Positions 36,796 through 47,028 of a DNA stretch of 64,000 nt are shown here, piece after piece. The position numbers and the translations under genes are program-made. The notes beneath the pieces are model-generated. The model worked only from the letters and a program-made list of their open reading frames with translations, searched no databases and was not told the origin of the DNA. Within the stretch, counting starts at the first letter, position 1. Each line of letters begins with the position of its first letter. The stretch is from an uncultured Candidatus Rokubacteria bacterium. Lineage in GTDB: Bacteria; Methylomirabilota; Methylomirabilia; Rokubacteriales; CSP1-6. The stretch is from NCBI GenBank assembly GCA_963840495.1, contig CAWIZN010000013.1, positions 47,110 through 111,109 on the forward strand, read 5' to 3'.

Positions 36796-38054
36796 CCACG
36801 ACCGAGAAGATCTTCACGCGGAACTTCCATCTCGCCGACTCGCATACCCTCGAGCGCTATCGCGCCACCGGCGGGTATACGGCCCTCGGCAAGGCGCTGT
36901 CGATGGAGCCGGCGGCCATCACCGAAGAGGTGAAGAAATCCAACCTGCGCGGGCTCGGGGGGGCGGCCTTTCCGACGGGCGTCAAGTGGGGGTTCATCCC
37001 CAAGGGCTCGACCGCGCCCAAGTACCTCGTGATCAATGCCGACGAGGGCGAGCCCGGCACCTTCAAGGATCGCTATCTCCTCGAGCGCGATCCCCATGCC
37101 CTCGTCGAAGGCATGATCATCGCGGCGCGCGCCATCGGATCGCATCTCGGCTTCGTCTACATCCGGGGGGAGTACGTGCAGCCGTGGCGCATCTTCAGCG
37201 GCGCCGTCAAGGAGGCGTACGCCGCCGGGCTCCTGGGCAAGAACATCCAGGGGTCGGGCTTCGACTTCGACATCGTGATCCATCGCGGCGCGGGCGCGTA
37301 TATCTGCGGCGAGGAGACGGGGCTCCTGTCCTCGCTCGAAGGCAAGAAGGGCTGGCCCAAGATCAAGCCGCCGTTCCCGGCCGTCAAGGGGGCCTTTGGC
37401 CACCCGACCATCGTCAACAATGTCGAGACGATCGCCGCGGTGCCCCACATCATCAACCGGGGCGCCGAATGGTTCGCCGGTCTCGGAACCAAGACGCAGG
37501 GGGGCACCCGGCTCTATTCCGTCTCCGGCCACGTGGTCAAGCCCGGGGTCGTGGAGGCGTCGGTGTCGACCACGCTCCGATCGCTCATCTACGATCATTC
37601 GGGAGGCATCCGGGACGGGCGCCGGCTCAAGGCCGTCGTGCCCGGGGGCTCCTCGGCGCCGATCCTGACCGCGGACGAGATCGACGTGGTCATGGACGCC
37701 GACGGGCTCAAGACCGCGGGGAGCATGATCGGCTCGGCCGGCGTCATCGTGTTCGACGACACCGTCTCGATCCCGGAGGCGCTCATGGTCGTGGCGCGCT
37801 TCTACGCCCACGAGTCGTGCGGCCAGTGCACGCCGTGCCGGGAGTCGACAGGGTGGATCTACAAGATGGCGCACCGGATCGTCGAGGGGAAGGGGCGGAA
37901 GGAAGACCTGGACACCATCCTCGACATCGCCAAGCGGGGTGCGGGCACCACGATCTGTGCCTTCTACGACGGCGCCGTCGGACCCTACGTGAGCTACATC
38001 GAGAAGTTTCGCGAGGAGTTCGAGTCGCTCATCAGGAGCGGGGCCCGTGCCTAA
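36792..38054 (+). CDS. nuoF: NADH-quinone oxidoreductase subunit F
   Basis: LRGLGGAAFPTG, NADEGEPG, YICGEET, ESCGQCTPCR. Confidence 0.96.
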   Translation: MTTTEKIFTRNFHLADSHTLERYRATGGYTALGKALSMEPAAITEEVKKSNLRGLGGAAFPTGVKWGFIPKGSTAPKYLVINADEGEPGTFKDRYLLERDPHALVEGMIIAARAIGSHLGFVYIRGEYVQPWRIFSGAVKEAYAAGLLGKNIQGSGFDFDIVIHRGAGAYICGEETGLLSSLEGKKGWPKIKPPFPAVKGAFGHPTIVNNVETIAAVPHIINRGAEWFAGLGTKTQGGTRLYSVSGHVVKPGVVEASVSTTLRSLIYDHSGGIRDGRRLKAVVPGGSSAPILTADEIDVVMDADGLKTAGSMIGSAGVIVFDDTVSIPEALMVVARFYAHESCGQCTPCRESTGWIYKMAHRIVEGKGRKEDLDTILDIAKRGAGTTICAFYDGAVGPYVSYIEKFREEFESLIRSGARA

Positions 38055-39657
38055 GCTGACGATCGACGGGGTGGAGATCGAGGTCGCCGCGGGCACGAGC
38101 GTCCTCGAGGCGGCGAAACAGGCCGGGGCCGAGGTGCCCCACTACTGCTATCACCCCGGGCTCAGCATCGCCGGGCAGTGCCGGCTGTGCATGGTGGACG
38201 TCGACAAGGTGCCGCGCCCCCAGATCAGCTGCAACATGACGGTGGCCGACGGCATGGTCGTCCACACGAAGACGGAGCGGGTCGTGGAGACGCGGCGCTC
38301 CGTCATGGAGTTCCACCTGATCAACCACCCGCTCGACTGCCCGGTCTGCGACCAGGCGGGCGAGTGCTGGCTGCAGATCTACTACATGCGCCACGGCCTC
38401 TACGATCCGCGGATGGCCGACGAGAAGGTGCACAAGCCCAAGGCCATGCCGCTGGGGCCGCATGTCATCCTGGACGCGGAGCGCTGCATCCTGTGCTCGC
38501 GCTGCGTCCGGTTCTGCGACGAGGTCACGGGCACCGGCGAGCTCGGCATCTTCCACCGCGGGGATCACTCCGAGATCGGCCTCTTCCCCGGCAAGACCCT
38601 CGAGAACAAGTACGCGAGCAATGTGATCGACATCTGCCCGGTGGGCGCGCTCACCGACCGCGACTTCCGGTTCCAGGTGCGCGTCTGGTACCTCGACTCG
38701 GCCAAGTCGGTGTGCAATGGCTGCGCCCGCGGGTGCAATGTCGAGATCCACACGAGCCGCCGGCGCCCGCATCACAACCAGGGCAAGCGGGTGGCCCGGA
38801 TCAAGCCGCGCGAGAATGCCCAGGTCAACAAGTGGTGGATCTGCGACGCGGGCCGCTACGGCTTCGACTGGATCGACGACGAGTCCCGGCTCACCGCGCC
38901 GACCGCCCGGGAAGCGGGCCGCGCCGTCGCGACCACCTGGGACGCGGCACTCGCCGCGCTCGGCGCCGCGCTCCGGCGCTACCGGCCCGAGGAGATCGGT
39001 GTCCTCGCCTCGCCCCAGATGTCGAACGAGGATCTGTTCGCGCTGAAGCGGCTGGCCGATCAGCTCCACCTCGCGAACGTCGACCATCGAGTGCCTCCGG
39101 CCGCTCCCGGGGACCAGGACGACTTCTTGATCCGCGCCGACAAGAATCCGAACACGCGGGGCGCCGAGCTCATCGGCCTCTCACCGGGGGCCGGCGGGCT
39201 CGACGGGGCGGGGATGATCGCGGCGGCGGCAGCGGGGCGGCTCAAGCTCCTGTGGATCTTCCATCACGACCTGTCCCGGTCCGCGTGGGCTCCCGCACAG
39301 GTCGAGGCGGCCCTCGCGACGGCGGAGATGGTCGTCTTTCAGGGCACCAATGCCAATAGCACGAGCGCGGCGGCCCATCTCGTGCTGCCGAGCGCGGCGT
39401 ATGTCGAGCGCGAAGGCACCTTCACCAATTTCGAGGGTCGCGTCCAGCGCTTCCGGACCGCGCTCGATGCGCTCGGCGAGGCGCGGCCGGACTGGGAGGT
39501 CTTCTCGGGGCTCGCGGTGGTGCTTGGCCTGCCCGACCCGGCGCTCACCTCCTCGCGCGCCGACCAGGTGTTCCAGGGGCTCGCCGGGGCGGTGCCCGCG
39601 TATGCCGGCATGAGCTACCGCGCCCTCGGCGATGGCGGACTGGTGGCCGGGTCATGA
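38047..39657 (+). CDS. nuoG: NADH-quinone oxidoreductase subunit G (short form)
   Basis: PHYCYHPGL..CRLC, HPLDCPVCDQAGEC, CILCSRC, CNGCARGC. Confidence 0.92.
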   Translation: MPKLTIDGVEIEVAAGTSVLEAAKQAGAEVPHYCYHPGLSIAGQCRLCMVDVDKVPRPQISCNMTVADGMVVHTKTERVVETRRSVMEFHLINHPLDCPVCDQAGECWLQIYYMRHGLYDPRMADEKVHKPKAMPLGPHVILDAERCILCSRCVRFCDEVTGTGELGIFHRGDHSEIGLFPGKTLENKYASNVIDICPVGALTDRDFRFQVRVWYLDSAKSVCNGCARGCNVEIHTSRRRPHHNQGKRVARIKPRENAQVNKWWICDAGRYGFDWIDDESRLTAPTAREAGRAVATTWDAALAALGAALRRYRPEEIGVLASPQMSNEDLFALKRLADQLHLANVDHRVPPAAPGDQDDFLIRADKNPNTRGAELIGLSPGAGGLDGAGMIAAAAAGRLKLLWIFHHDLSRSAWAPAQVEAALATAEMVVFQGTNANSTSAAAHLVLPSAAYVEREGTFTNFEGRVQRFRTALDALGEARPDWEVFSGLAVVLGLPDPALTSSRADQVFQGLAGAVPAYAGMSYRALGDGGLVAGS

Positions 39658-40763
39658 GGGTGGCGGGCGACCTCCTCGCGCGCTTCGGTCCCGTCGCCTT
39701 CACGATGTTCGTGGTGCTGAACCTGGGCGGCATCTTGACGTGGGTGGAGCGCAAGCAGTCGGCGATCATGCAGGATCGCATCGGCGCCAACCGGGCCTCG
39801 ATCTTCGGCATCCGCGCCATGGGGCTGCTCCACCCCCTCGCGGACGCGGTCAAGATGCTGACGAAGGAAGACTTCATGCCCACCCACGCGGACCGCCTGC
39901 TCTTCGTGCTGGCGCCGTTCGTGTCGGTCTTCTTCGCGCTCGCGGCCTTCGCCTCCATCCCCTTCGGCGACACCCTGACCGTCGCGGGGCGAACGATCGA
40001 GCTGCAGGCGGTGACGCTCAACGTGGGGATCCTCTACGTGCTCGCCATGCTGTCGATGGGCGTCTACGGGCTCATGATGGCGGGCTGGGCCTCGGCCAAT
40101 AACTACGCGCTGCTCGGCGGGCAGCGGGCGGCCGCCCTGATGATCTCCGCGGAGATCGCCATCGGGGCGTCCCTCATGGGCGTCGTGATGGTCTACGGCT
40201 CGCTCAACATGCAGGACATCACCCGCGCCCAGGGCCAGCCCCTCCTGCCGCAGTTGTTCGGGAGCTGGATCCCCGCCTGGGGCATCCTGACGCAGCCGCT
40301 CGCCTTCGTGATCTTCCTCACCGCGGGGATCGCCGCCACGAAGCGCATTCCATTCGACATGCCCGAGGGCGAATCGGAGATCATCGGCTACTTCGTCGAG
40401 TACAGCGGGATGAAGTTCGGCATGTTCGCCATGGCCGACTTCCTCGAGACGGTCGTCATCGCCGGCATGTCGACGGCGCTGTTCCTCGGCGGCTGGCAGA
40501 TCCCGTATCTCCAATCGGGCGGCTTCGCGTTCCCCTGGGGCCAGAGCCTTGCGCTTCCCGCGCTCGTCGTGACGGTGCTCCAGGTCGGGGCCTTCCTCAC
40601 GAAGGTCGTGGTGATGATCTGGTTTCTGATGCTGGTCCGGTGGACGCTGCCGCGCTTCCGCTACGACCAGGCCATGCGCCTCGGGTGGCTCGGACTGTTC
40701 CCGCTGTGCATTCTCAACCTCGTCGTCACGGCCATAGTCCTCCTGGCCCTCGGAAAGGCCTGA
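39654..40763 (+). CDS. nuoH: NADH-quinone oxidoreductase subunit H
   Basis: ERK..QDRIGANR, PFDMPEGESE, PRFRYDQ. Confidence 0.95.
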   Translation: MRVAGDLLARFGPVAFTMFVVLNLGGILTWVERKQSAIMQDRIGANRASIFGIRAMGLLHPLADAVKMLTKEDFMPTHADRLLFVLAPFVSVFFALAAFASIPFGDTLTVAGRTIELQAVTLNVGILYVLAMLSMGVYGLMMAGWASANNYALLGGQRAAALMISAEIAIGASLMGVVMVYGSLNMQDITRAQGQPLLPQLFGSWIPAWGILTQPLAFVIFLTAGIAATKRIPFDMPEGESEIIGYFVEYSGMKFGMFAMADFLETVVIAGMSTALFLGGWQIPYLQSGGFAFPWGQSLALPALVVTVLQVGAFLTKVVVMIWFLMLVRWTLPRFRYDQAMRLGWLGLFPLCILNLVVTAIVLLALGKA

Positions 40764-40766
40764 GCG

Positions 40767-41378
40767 ATGGCGTCGCCGTATCAGAGCTCGAACACCCCCG
40801 CGGATCTGCGCCACTCGAGCAAGCTGTCGTGGCGCCAGCGCCTCTATGTCGTGGAGGTGCTCGCCGGGCTCGCGCTGACGGCCAACCACTTCTTCACGAA
40901 CATGTGGCGGCATACGCTGCACACGGTGTTTCGGGTGAAGAGCGCGCACGGCTCCGTCACCATCCAGTACCCGGAAGAGCGCCGCCCGTACTCCCCGAGG
41001 CTGCGGACCCTGCACCGCCTCGTCCGCCGGGAGGACGGCTCTCCGCGCTGCGTCGCCTGCATGATGTGCGAGACGGTGTGCCCCGCGCACTGCATCTACA
41101 TCGTGGCGACCGAGCATCCGAATCCCGAGATCGAGAAGGTTCCCGCGCGCTTCGACATCGACCTCGGCAAGTGCGTGTTCTGCGGATTCTGCGTGGAGGC
41201 CTGCCCCGAGGACGCCATCCGGATGGATACGGGCATCCTCGAGTTCGCGTCGTTCAGCCGCGGCGGCATGGTGTACACGAAGGAGATGCTGCTGGCCCAC
41301 GAGCCCGCCCGCGCCGACGGCGGCCCGGCGACTCCCGTGCCCATCCCCGCGGACCGCAAGCTCATCCTCGAGATGTGA
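40767..41378 (+). CDS. nuoI: NADH-quinone oxidoreductase subunit I
   Basis: TIQYPEE, CVACMMCETVCP, CVFCGFCVEACP. Confidence 0.95.
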   Translation: MASPYQSSNTPADLRHSSKLSWRQRLYVVEVLAGLALTANHFFTNMWRHTLHTVFRVKSAHGSVTIQYPEERRPYSPRLRTLHRLVRREDGSPRCVACMMCETVCPAHCIYIVATEHPNPEIEKVPARFDIDLGKCVFCGFCVEACPEDAIRMDTGILEFASFSRGGMVYTKEMLLAHEPARADGGPATPVPIPADRKLILEM

Positions 41379-41379
41379 C

Positions 41380-41874
41380 GTGCAGCTCGGCGCGTTCGTC
41401 ATCCTGGCGGTGCTGGTCGTGGGCTCGGCGGCGGGGCTCATCCTGAAGCGGAACCCCATTCACGGCGCGCTCTTCCTGGTGCTCAACCTCGCGAGCGTCG
41501 CCGGGCTCTACCTCACGCTGCGCGCGGAGTTCCTCGCCACCGCCCAGGTCATCGTGTACGCGGGGGCCATCGCCGTGCTCTTCGTGTTCGCCATCATGGT
41601 GCTCATCCCGGGCAAGGAGGAGACGGGGCCCGATCCCCTGCGCGGCCAGCGCTGGCTGGCGGTGCCGGTGGTGGGCGTCTTCCTCCTCCTCAGCGCGCTG
41701 ATCTTGCGCTCCGCGGCGCTCAAGGGACCGGGCCCAGCCGCTCACGTTCCCGGGGGCATCGAGGCGGTGGGCCGACTGCTCTTCACCGACTATCTGTTCC
41801 CATTCGAGGTCACCTCCTTCCTCCTGCTCGCCGCCATCGTGGGCGTCCTCACCCTGGCGAAGCGGAAGGCCTGA
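41380..41874 (+). CDS. nuoJ: NADH-quinone oxidoreductase subunit J
   Basis: [23 protein letters not shown]. Confidence 0.93.
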   Translation: MQLGAFVILAVLVVGSAAGLILKRNPIHGALFLVLNLASVAGLYLTLRAEFLATAQVIVYAGAIAVLFVFAIMVLIPGKEETGPDPLRGQRWLAVPVVGVFLLLSALILRSAALKGPGPAAHVPGGIEAVGRLLFTDYLFPFEVTSFLLLAAIVGVLTLAKRKA

Positions 41875-41882
41875 GCCGCTCA

Positions 41883-42185
41883 ATGGTTCCCGAGTCCTAC
41901 TACGTCGCGCTGTCCGCGGTGCTCTTCAGCATGGGCGTGCTGGGCGTGCTCGTCCGCCGGAACCCGCTCGTGATCTTCATGTCCATCGAGATGATGCTCA
42001 ATGCCGCCAATGTCGCCCTCGTCGCGTTCGGGCAGCGCTACAACACGGCCGAGGGGCAGGTGCTCGTGTTCTTCGTGATGTGCGTGGCGGCGGCGGAAGT
42101 GGCGGTGGGCCTCGCCATCATCGTGGTCATCTTCCGGCTCCGCCGGCGGCTGTCCGTCGACGAGCTGAGCCTCATGCGCTGGTAG
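41883..42185 (+). CDS. nuoK: NADH-quinone oxidoreductase subunit K
   Basis: [22 protein letters not shown]. Confidence 0.95.
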   Translation: MVPESYYVALSAVLFSMGVLGVLVRRNPLVIFMSIEMMLNAANVALVAFGQRYNTAEGQVLVFFVMCVAAAEVAVGLAIIVVIFRLRRRLSVDELSLMRW

Positions 42186-42240
42186 CCGTAGCCGCATCTC
42201 CGGTCGTCGCGTACAGTAAATCGGGGAGGAGATGATCTTC

Positions 42241-43239
42241 ATGGCGCAAACCAAGACGGCGGCGCCGTCCACGCGGCTCGAGCCCGAGCTCGCCCGGCGG
42301 CTCCTCACCCAGATGCAGCTCATCCGGCGCTTCGAGGAGAAGGCGGCCGAGATGTACGCGCTGGGCAAGATCGGCGGCTTCCTGCATCTCTACATCGGGC
42401 AGGAGGCCGTGGCCGTCGGCGCCATCTCCACCCTCCGCCCGGACGACTATGCCATCGCCTCCTACCGCGAGCACGGCCACTGCCTCGCGAAGGGCTCGGA
42501 TCCCCGACGGGTCATGGCCGAGCTCTTCGGCCGCCGGGACGGCCTCAGCAAGGGCAAGGGCGGCTCCATGCACCTCTTCGACAAGAGCGTCAATTTCCTC
42601 GGCGGGCACGGGATCGTCGCCGCCCACTTGCCCCTCGCCGCCGGCGCCGCGTTCGCGGTGAAGTACCAGGGCGGTGACCAGGTCGTGCAGTGCTACTTCG
42701 GCGACGGCGCCGTGCCCGAGGGCGAGTTCCACGAGGCCATGAACCTCGCCGCGCTCTGGAAGCTGCCCGTGATCTTCATCTGCGAGAACAACCGCTACGC
42801 GATGGGGACCGCCATCCACCGCGCGCTCGCGCAGACGGAGATCTGGCGCTTCGCCGAGAACTACGGCATGTATGCCGAGGCCGTCGATGGGATGGACGTG
42901 CTCGCCGTCCGCGACGTGGTGGCGCGGGCGGTCGAGCGGGCGAGGCGCGACAAGGCCCCCGCGCTGATCGAGGCGCGCACCTACCGGTTCCGCGGCCACT
43001 CCATGCGCGACCCCGCGGGAGCGGTCTACCGCACGCGCGAGGAGGTCGAGCGGGAGCGGCAGCGGGATCCCATCGCGCTGTTCACCGAGCGATGCGCGCG
43101 CGACGGTGTCCTGACCGAGGCGGACCTCGCCGCCATCGAGAAGGCGATCAACGACACCGTGGACGAGGCGGTGGCGTTCGCGGAAGGCTCCCCGGAGCCG
43201 CCCGCGGAGTGGCTGCTCACCGACGTGTACAAGGACTAG
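42241..43239 (+). CDS. pdhA: Pyruvate dehydrogenase E1 alpha
   Basis: GFLHLYIGQEA, GKGGSMH, FGDGA, ENNRYAMG, TYRFRGHSM. Confidence 0.93.
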   Translation: MAQTKTAAPSTRLEPELARRLLTQMQLIRRFEEKAAEMYALGKIGGFLHLYIGQEAVAVGAISTLRPDDYAIASYREHGHCLAKGSDPRRVMAELFGRRDGLSKGKGGSMHLFDKSVNFLGGHGIVAAHLPLAAGAAFAVKYQGGDQVVQCYFGDGAVPEGEFHEAMNLAALWKLPVIFICENNRYAMGTAIHRALAQTEIWRFAENYGMYAEAVDGMDVLAVRDVVARAVERARRDKAPALIEARTYRFRGHSMRDPAGAVYRTREEVERERQRDPIALFTERCARDGVLTEADLAAIEKAINDTVDEAVAFAEGSPEPPAEWLLTDVYKD

Positions 43240-43243
43240 CGGC

Positions 43244-44224
43244 ATGGCCGTCATGACGTATCGGGAGGCGCTGAACCTGGCGCTCCGCGAGGAGATGCGC
43301 CGCGACCCCCGGGTCTTCGTGATCGGGGAGGAGGTCGGGCTCTACGACGGCGCCTACAAGGTGACGCAGGGACTGCTCAAGGAATTCGGGGAACAGCGCA
43401 TCGTCGACACGCCGATCGCGGAGTCGGGCTTCACCGGCATCGGCGTGGGCGCCGCGATGCTCGGGCTCCGGCCCGTCGTCGAGATGATGACGTTCAACTT
43501 CTCCATTCTCGCCCTCGACCAGATCGTCAACTCGGCGGCGAAGATGCTCTACATGTCGGGCGGTCAGTACAATATCCCGCTCGTCGTCCGCGGGCCGGGA
43601 GGACCGGCGGCCCAGCTCGCCGCCCAGCACTCCCAGAGCATGGAGACGTACTTCTACCACGTGCCCGGGCTCAAGGTCGTGCGGCCTTCGACACCCGCCG
43701 ACGCCAAGGGCCTCCTGAAGTCGGCCATCCGCGACGACAACCCCGTCATCTTCATCGAGGCGGAGACGCTCTACGCCGTCAAGGGCGAGGTGCCGGAGGA
43801 CCCCGATTTCACCATCCCGCTCGGCAAGGCCATCGTCCGGCGCGAGGGCACCGACGTCACGGTGGTCGCCTACATGGGGATGATGTACCGCGCCCTCGAG
43901 GTCGCGGAGGACCTCGCCAAGGACGGCATCTCGATCGAGATCGTCGACCCGAGGACCTTGCGGCCGATGGATACCGAGACCATCATCGGCTCCGTCCGGA
44001 AGACGCACCGCGCGGTCGTGCTGGAAGCGGGGGCGGGCTTCGCGGGCATGGGCTCGGAGATCTCCGCCTTCATCACCGAGAGCGCATTCGACGATCTGGA
44101 TGCGCCGGTGGAGCGCGTCACCGGCGAGAATGCGCCGATGCCGTACGCGCGCAACCTCGAGCTGCTGAAGACGCCGTCCAAGGCCAAGATCGCCGCGGCC
44201 ATTCGCAGGGTGTGCGGCGCATGA
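43244..44224 (+). CDS. pdhB: Pyruvate dehydrogenase E1 beta
   Basis: DTPIAESGF, EMMTFNF, AAQHSQ. Confidence 0.93.
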   Translation: MAVMTYREALNLALREEMRRDPRVFVIGEEVGLYDGAYKVTQGLLKEFGEQRIVDTPIAESGFTGIGVGAAMLGLRPVVEMMTFNFSILALDQIVNSAAKMLYMSGGQYNIPLVVRGPGGPAAQLAAQHSQSMETYFYHVPGLKVVRPSTPADAKGLLKSAIRDDNPVIFIEAETLYAVKGEVPEDPDFTIPLGKAIVRREGTDVTVVAYMGMMYRALEVAEDLAKDGISIEIVDPRTLRPMDTETIIGSVRKTHRAVVLEAGAGFAGMGSEISAFITESAFDDLDAPVERVTGENAPMPYARNLELLKTPSKAKIAAAIRRVCGA

Positions 44225-45591
44225 TCACCAAGGTGCTGATGCCGAAGCTGTCCGAGGCGATGGAGACGGGCAAGGTCATCCAGTGGCTGAAGAAGGAAGG
44301 AGACCCGGTCAAGGGCGGTGACGTCATCGCCGAGATCGAGACCGACAAGGCCAACGTCGAGGTCGAGGCCTTCGGCTCGGGTGTCCTGCGCAAGATCCTC
44401 GTCGGCCCGGGCGGCACGGTGCCGGTGGGCGAGATGATCGGCGTCATTGCGGATCCGGCGGACGACGTGTCCGGCCTCGCTGCCGCGCCCTCGAAGCCGG
44501 CTGCGCCCGCGGCCCGGCGCCGGACCGCCCGCGCCCGCCCCGGTGGGCCCAGCCCCGGCCATCCCCGCGATGGAGACGTACCGGTCGACACCGGCCACGA
44601 CCGCGGTCGTGCCGATGACGCCGGCACCGGCCGCCGCCGCTGTCCGGGCGCCGGGCGAGCGCGTGAAGGCGTCCCCGCTGGCCCGGAAGATCGCCGCGCA
44701 GTCGGGGGTCGATTTGCACCTCGTGCAGGGCAGCGGTCCGGGCGGCCGCATCGTGCGGCGCGACGTCGAGGCGGCATCGGCGCAGGGGCCGGCGGCCGCG
44801 CCGGCGGATTCCGCGGCGCCCGTCGCGGCCGCTGGACGACCCACCTTCGCGATTCCCCCCGGACGGACGCGGAGTTCGAGGACGTGGCGCTCACGCCCAT
44901 GCGCGCCATCATCGCCAAGCGGATGCCGCTGTCGAAGGCGCCGGTCCCTCACTTCTACGTCACCACCGAGGTGGCGATGGACCGCGCCATGGATCTGCGC
45001 GCGGAGCTGAACGGGCTCGAGGGACAGCCCAAGATCTCGGTGACGGATCTCGTGATCAAGGCGGTTGCGCTCGCGCTGATCAAGAATCCGGGCGTGAACG
45101 CGTCGCTCGTCTCGAGCCCTCAGGCGCCGACCGCGCCCGGGGCCCCGCCGACGCAGGTGATCCGCAAGTATCATCGCGCGCACCTCGGGATCGCGGTGGC
45201 GCTCGACGAGGGGCTGATCACGCCGGTCCTGCGCGATTGCGACGCAAAGCCCCTCAGCCGGATCGCGGTGGAGGCGCGGGATCTGGCCGAGCGCGCGCGG
45301 GCCGGCAAGCTGCGGGTCCCGGAGATGAGCGGAGCGACGTTCAGCATCTCGAACCTCGGGATGTACGACGTGGACGAGTTCTCGGCCATCATCAATCCCC
45401 CCGAGGGCGCCATCCTCGCCGTGGGCTCGGTCGTCGAAACGCCCGTCGTGGACAAGGGCGAGATCCGCGTGGGCCGGCGGATGAAGATGACGATCTCCTG
45501 CGACCACCGGGTGATGGACGGCGCCATGGGCGCCCGCTTCCTCCAGGACGTGAAGCGGCTCCTCGAGGAGCCGTTGCGCCTGCTCGCATGA
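44221..45591 (+). CDS. pdhC: Dihydrolipoamide acetyltransferase E2 (two compensating frameshifts in the linker)
   Basis: Lipoyl ETDKA; PSBD KASPLARKIA..GSGPGGRI in an alternate frame (about 44510-44865); catalytic CDHRVMDG. Confidence 0.92.
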   Translation: MITKVLMPKLSEAMETGKVIQWLKKEGDPVKGGDVIAEIETDKANVEVEAFGSGVLRKILVGPGGTVPVGEMIGVIADPADDVSGLAAAPSKPAAPAARRRTARARPGGPSPGHPRDGDVPVDTGHDRGRADDAGTGRRRCPGAGRAREGVPAGPEDRRAVGGRFAPRAGQRSGRPHRAARRRGGIGAGAGGRAGGFRGARRGRWTTHLRDSPRTDAEFEDVALTPMRAIIAKRMPLSKAPVPHFYVTTEVAMDRAMDLRAELNGLEGQPKISVTDLVIKAVALALIKNPGVNASLVSSPQAPTAPGAPPTQVIRKYHRAHLGIAVALDEGLITPVLRDCDAKPLSRIAVEARDLAERARAGKLRVPEMSGATFSISNLGMYDVDEFSAIINPPEGAILAVGSVVETPVVDKGEIRVGRRMKMTISCDHRVMDGAMGARFLQDVKRLLEEPLRLLA

Positions 45592-45636
45592 CCGGCCGGA
45601 CCGCGCGTCGGCCGCTGGCACCGAGACACGTCGGCG

Positions 45637-47028
45637 GTGAGCCAGCACTACGACGTCGTCGTCGTCGGCACCGGGCCCGGCGGCTACGTGGCCGCGATCC
45701 GCTGCGCGCAGCTCGGTCTCACCGTGGCCGCGGTGGAGGACGACCGGGCAGGCGGGGTCTGCCTCAACTGGGGGTGCATCCCGACCAAGGCGCTCTTGCG
45801 CAATGCCGAGGTGGTCGGCCTCTTCCACCGCGCCCAGGAATTCGGCATCACGGTCGCGGAGTGGAGCGCCGACTATGCCCAGGCCGTGCAGCGCTCGCGC
45901 CGCGTCGCCGATCGGATGGCCAAGGGCGTCGAATTCCTCTTCCGCAAGAACAAGATCACGCTGTACGCCGGGGTGGGCGTCCTGACGGGCCGGAACACGG
46001 TCGAAGTCAAGGGCGTGGACGGGGCCCAGACGCTCGAGGGCAAGGCCATCATCCTCGCCACCGGCTCCGAGCCCAAGTCGCTGCCCGGCGTGGCGCTCGA
46101 CGAGAAACAGGTCATCTCTTCCAATGGCGCGGTCAGGAGCGAGGTGCGGCCGGGCTCCCTCGTCGTCATCGGGGCGGGGGCGGTCGGGATGGAGTTCGCC
46201 GACGTCTTCGCCTCGTACGGCACCAACGTGACGGTGCTCGAAGCCCTGCCCAAGGTCCTGCCCCTCGAGGACGACGAAGTGTCGGCGCAGCTCGCGCGCC
46301 TCTTCACCCGTCGCGGCATCGCCATCCGCACGGGTGTCCGGGTCAAGACCGTGACACCTGGCGGCGCCGGGGTCACCGTGGAGGTGGAGGCGGAGGGCAA
46401 GGCGGAATCGCTGCAGGCCGATCAGGTCCTGATGGCGGTGGGGCGCGCCGCGCGCACCAAAGGAGTCGGGCTCGATGCGCTCGGCATCGCCATGGAGAAG
46501 GGCTTCGTCACGGTCTCGTCCACCATGGAGTCCTCGGTGAAGGGCATCTACGCCGTCGGCGACATGACGGGCCGTCAGCTCCTCGCTCACAAGGCGATGG
46601 CCGAGGGCGTGGTCGCCGCCGAGGCCATCGCGGGCCGCGATCCGAGGCCGGTGGACTACGGCAACGTGCCGTCGTGTACCTACTGCCGTCCGCAGGTGGC
46701 GTCGATCGGAGCCAGCGAGGCGGCCGCCCGCGCGGGTGGACGCGAGGTGTCGGTCGGCCGCTTTCCCTTCACGGCCAATGGCAAGGCCGTGGCGCTGGGG
46801 GAGACCGAGGGCTTCCTCAAGGTGGTCGCCGACAAGACCACCGGCGAGATTCTCGGGGTCCACATCCTGGGCCCGGAGGCGACGGAGATGATCCACGAGT
46901 TTGCGGTGGGGCGCACGCTCGAGGCGACGCTCGAGGAGATCATCCACACCATCCACGCGCACCCGACGCTCTCCGAGGCGGCACTCGAGGCCACGCTGGC
47001 CGCCCTCGGCCAGGCCATCCACATCTGA
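45637..47028 (+). CDS. lpdA: Dihydrolipoamide dehydrogenase
   Basis: GGVCLNWGCIPTK, HAHPTLSE. Confidence 0.97.
   Translation: MSQHYDVVVVGTGPGGYVAAIRCAQLGLTVAAVEDDRAGGVCLNWGCIPTKALLRNAEVVGLFHRAQEFGITVAEWSADYAQAVQRSRRVADRMAKGVEFLFRKNKITLYAGVGVLTGRNTVEVKGVDGAQTLEGKAIILATGSEPKSLPGVALDEKQVISSNGAVRSEVRPGSLVVIGAGAVGMEFADVFASYGTNVTVLEALPKVLPLEDDEVSAQLARLFTRRGIAIRTGVRVKTVTPGGAGVTVEVEAEGKAESLQADQVLMAVGRAARTKGVGLDALGIAMEKGFVTVSSTMESSVKGIYAVGDMTGRQLLAHKAMAEGVVAAEAIAGRDPRPVDYGNVPSCTYCRPQVASIGASEAAARAGGREVSVGRFPFTANGKAVALGETEGFLKVVADKTTGEILGVHILGPEATEMIHEFAVGRTLEATLEEIIHTIHAHPTLSEAALEATLAALGQAIHI

Noticed and set aside
43870-47022. 1050-aa minus-strand ORF and other long antisense ORFs (e.g. 28652-31057)
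   Set aside because: Shadow ORFs of GC-rich genes opposite well-recognised CDSs
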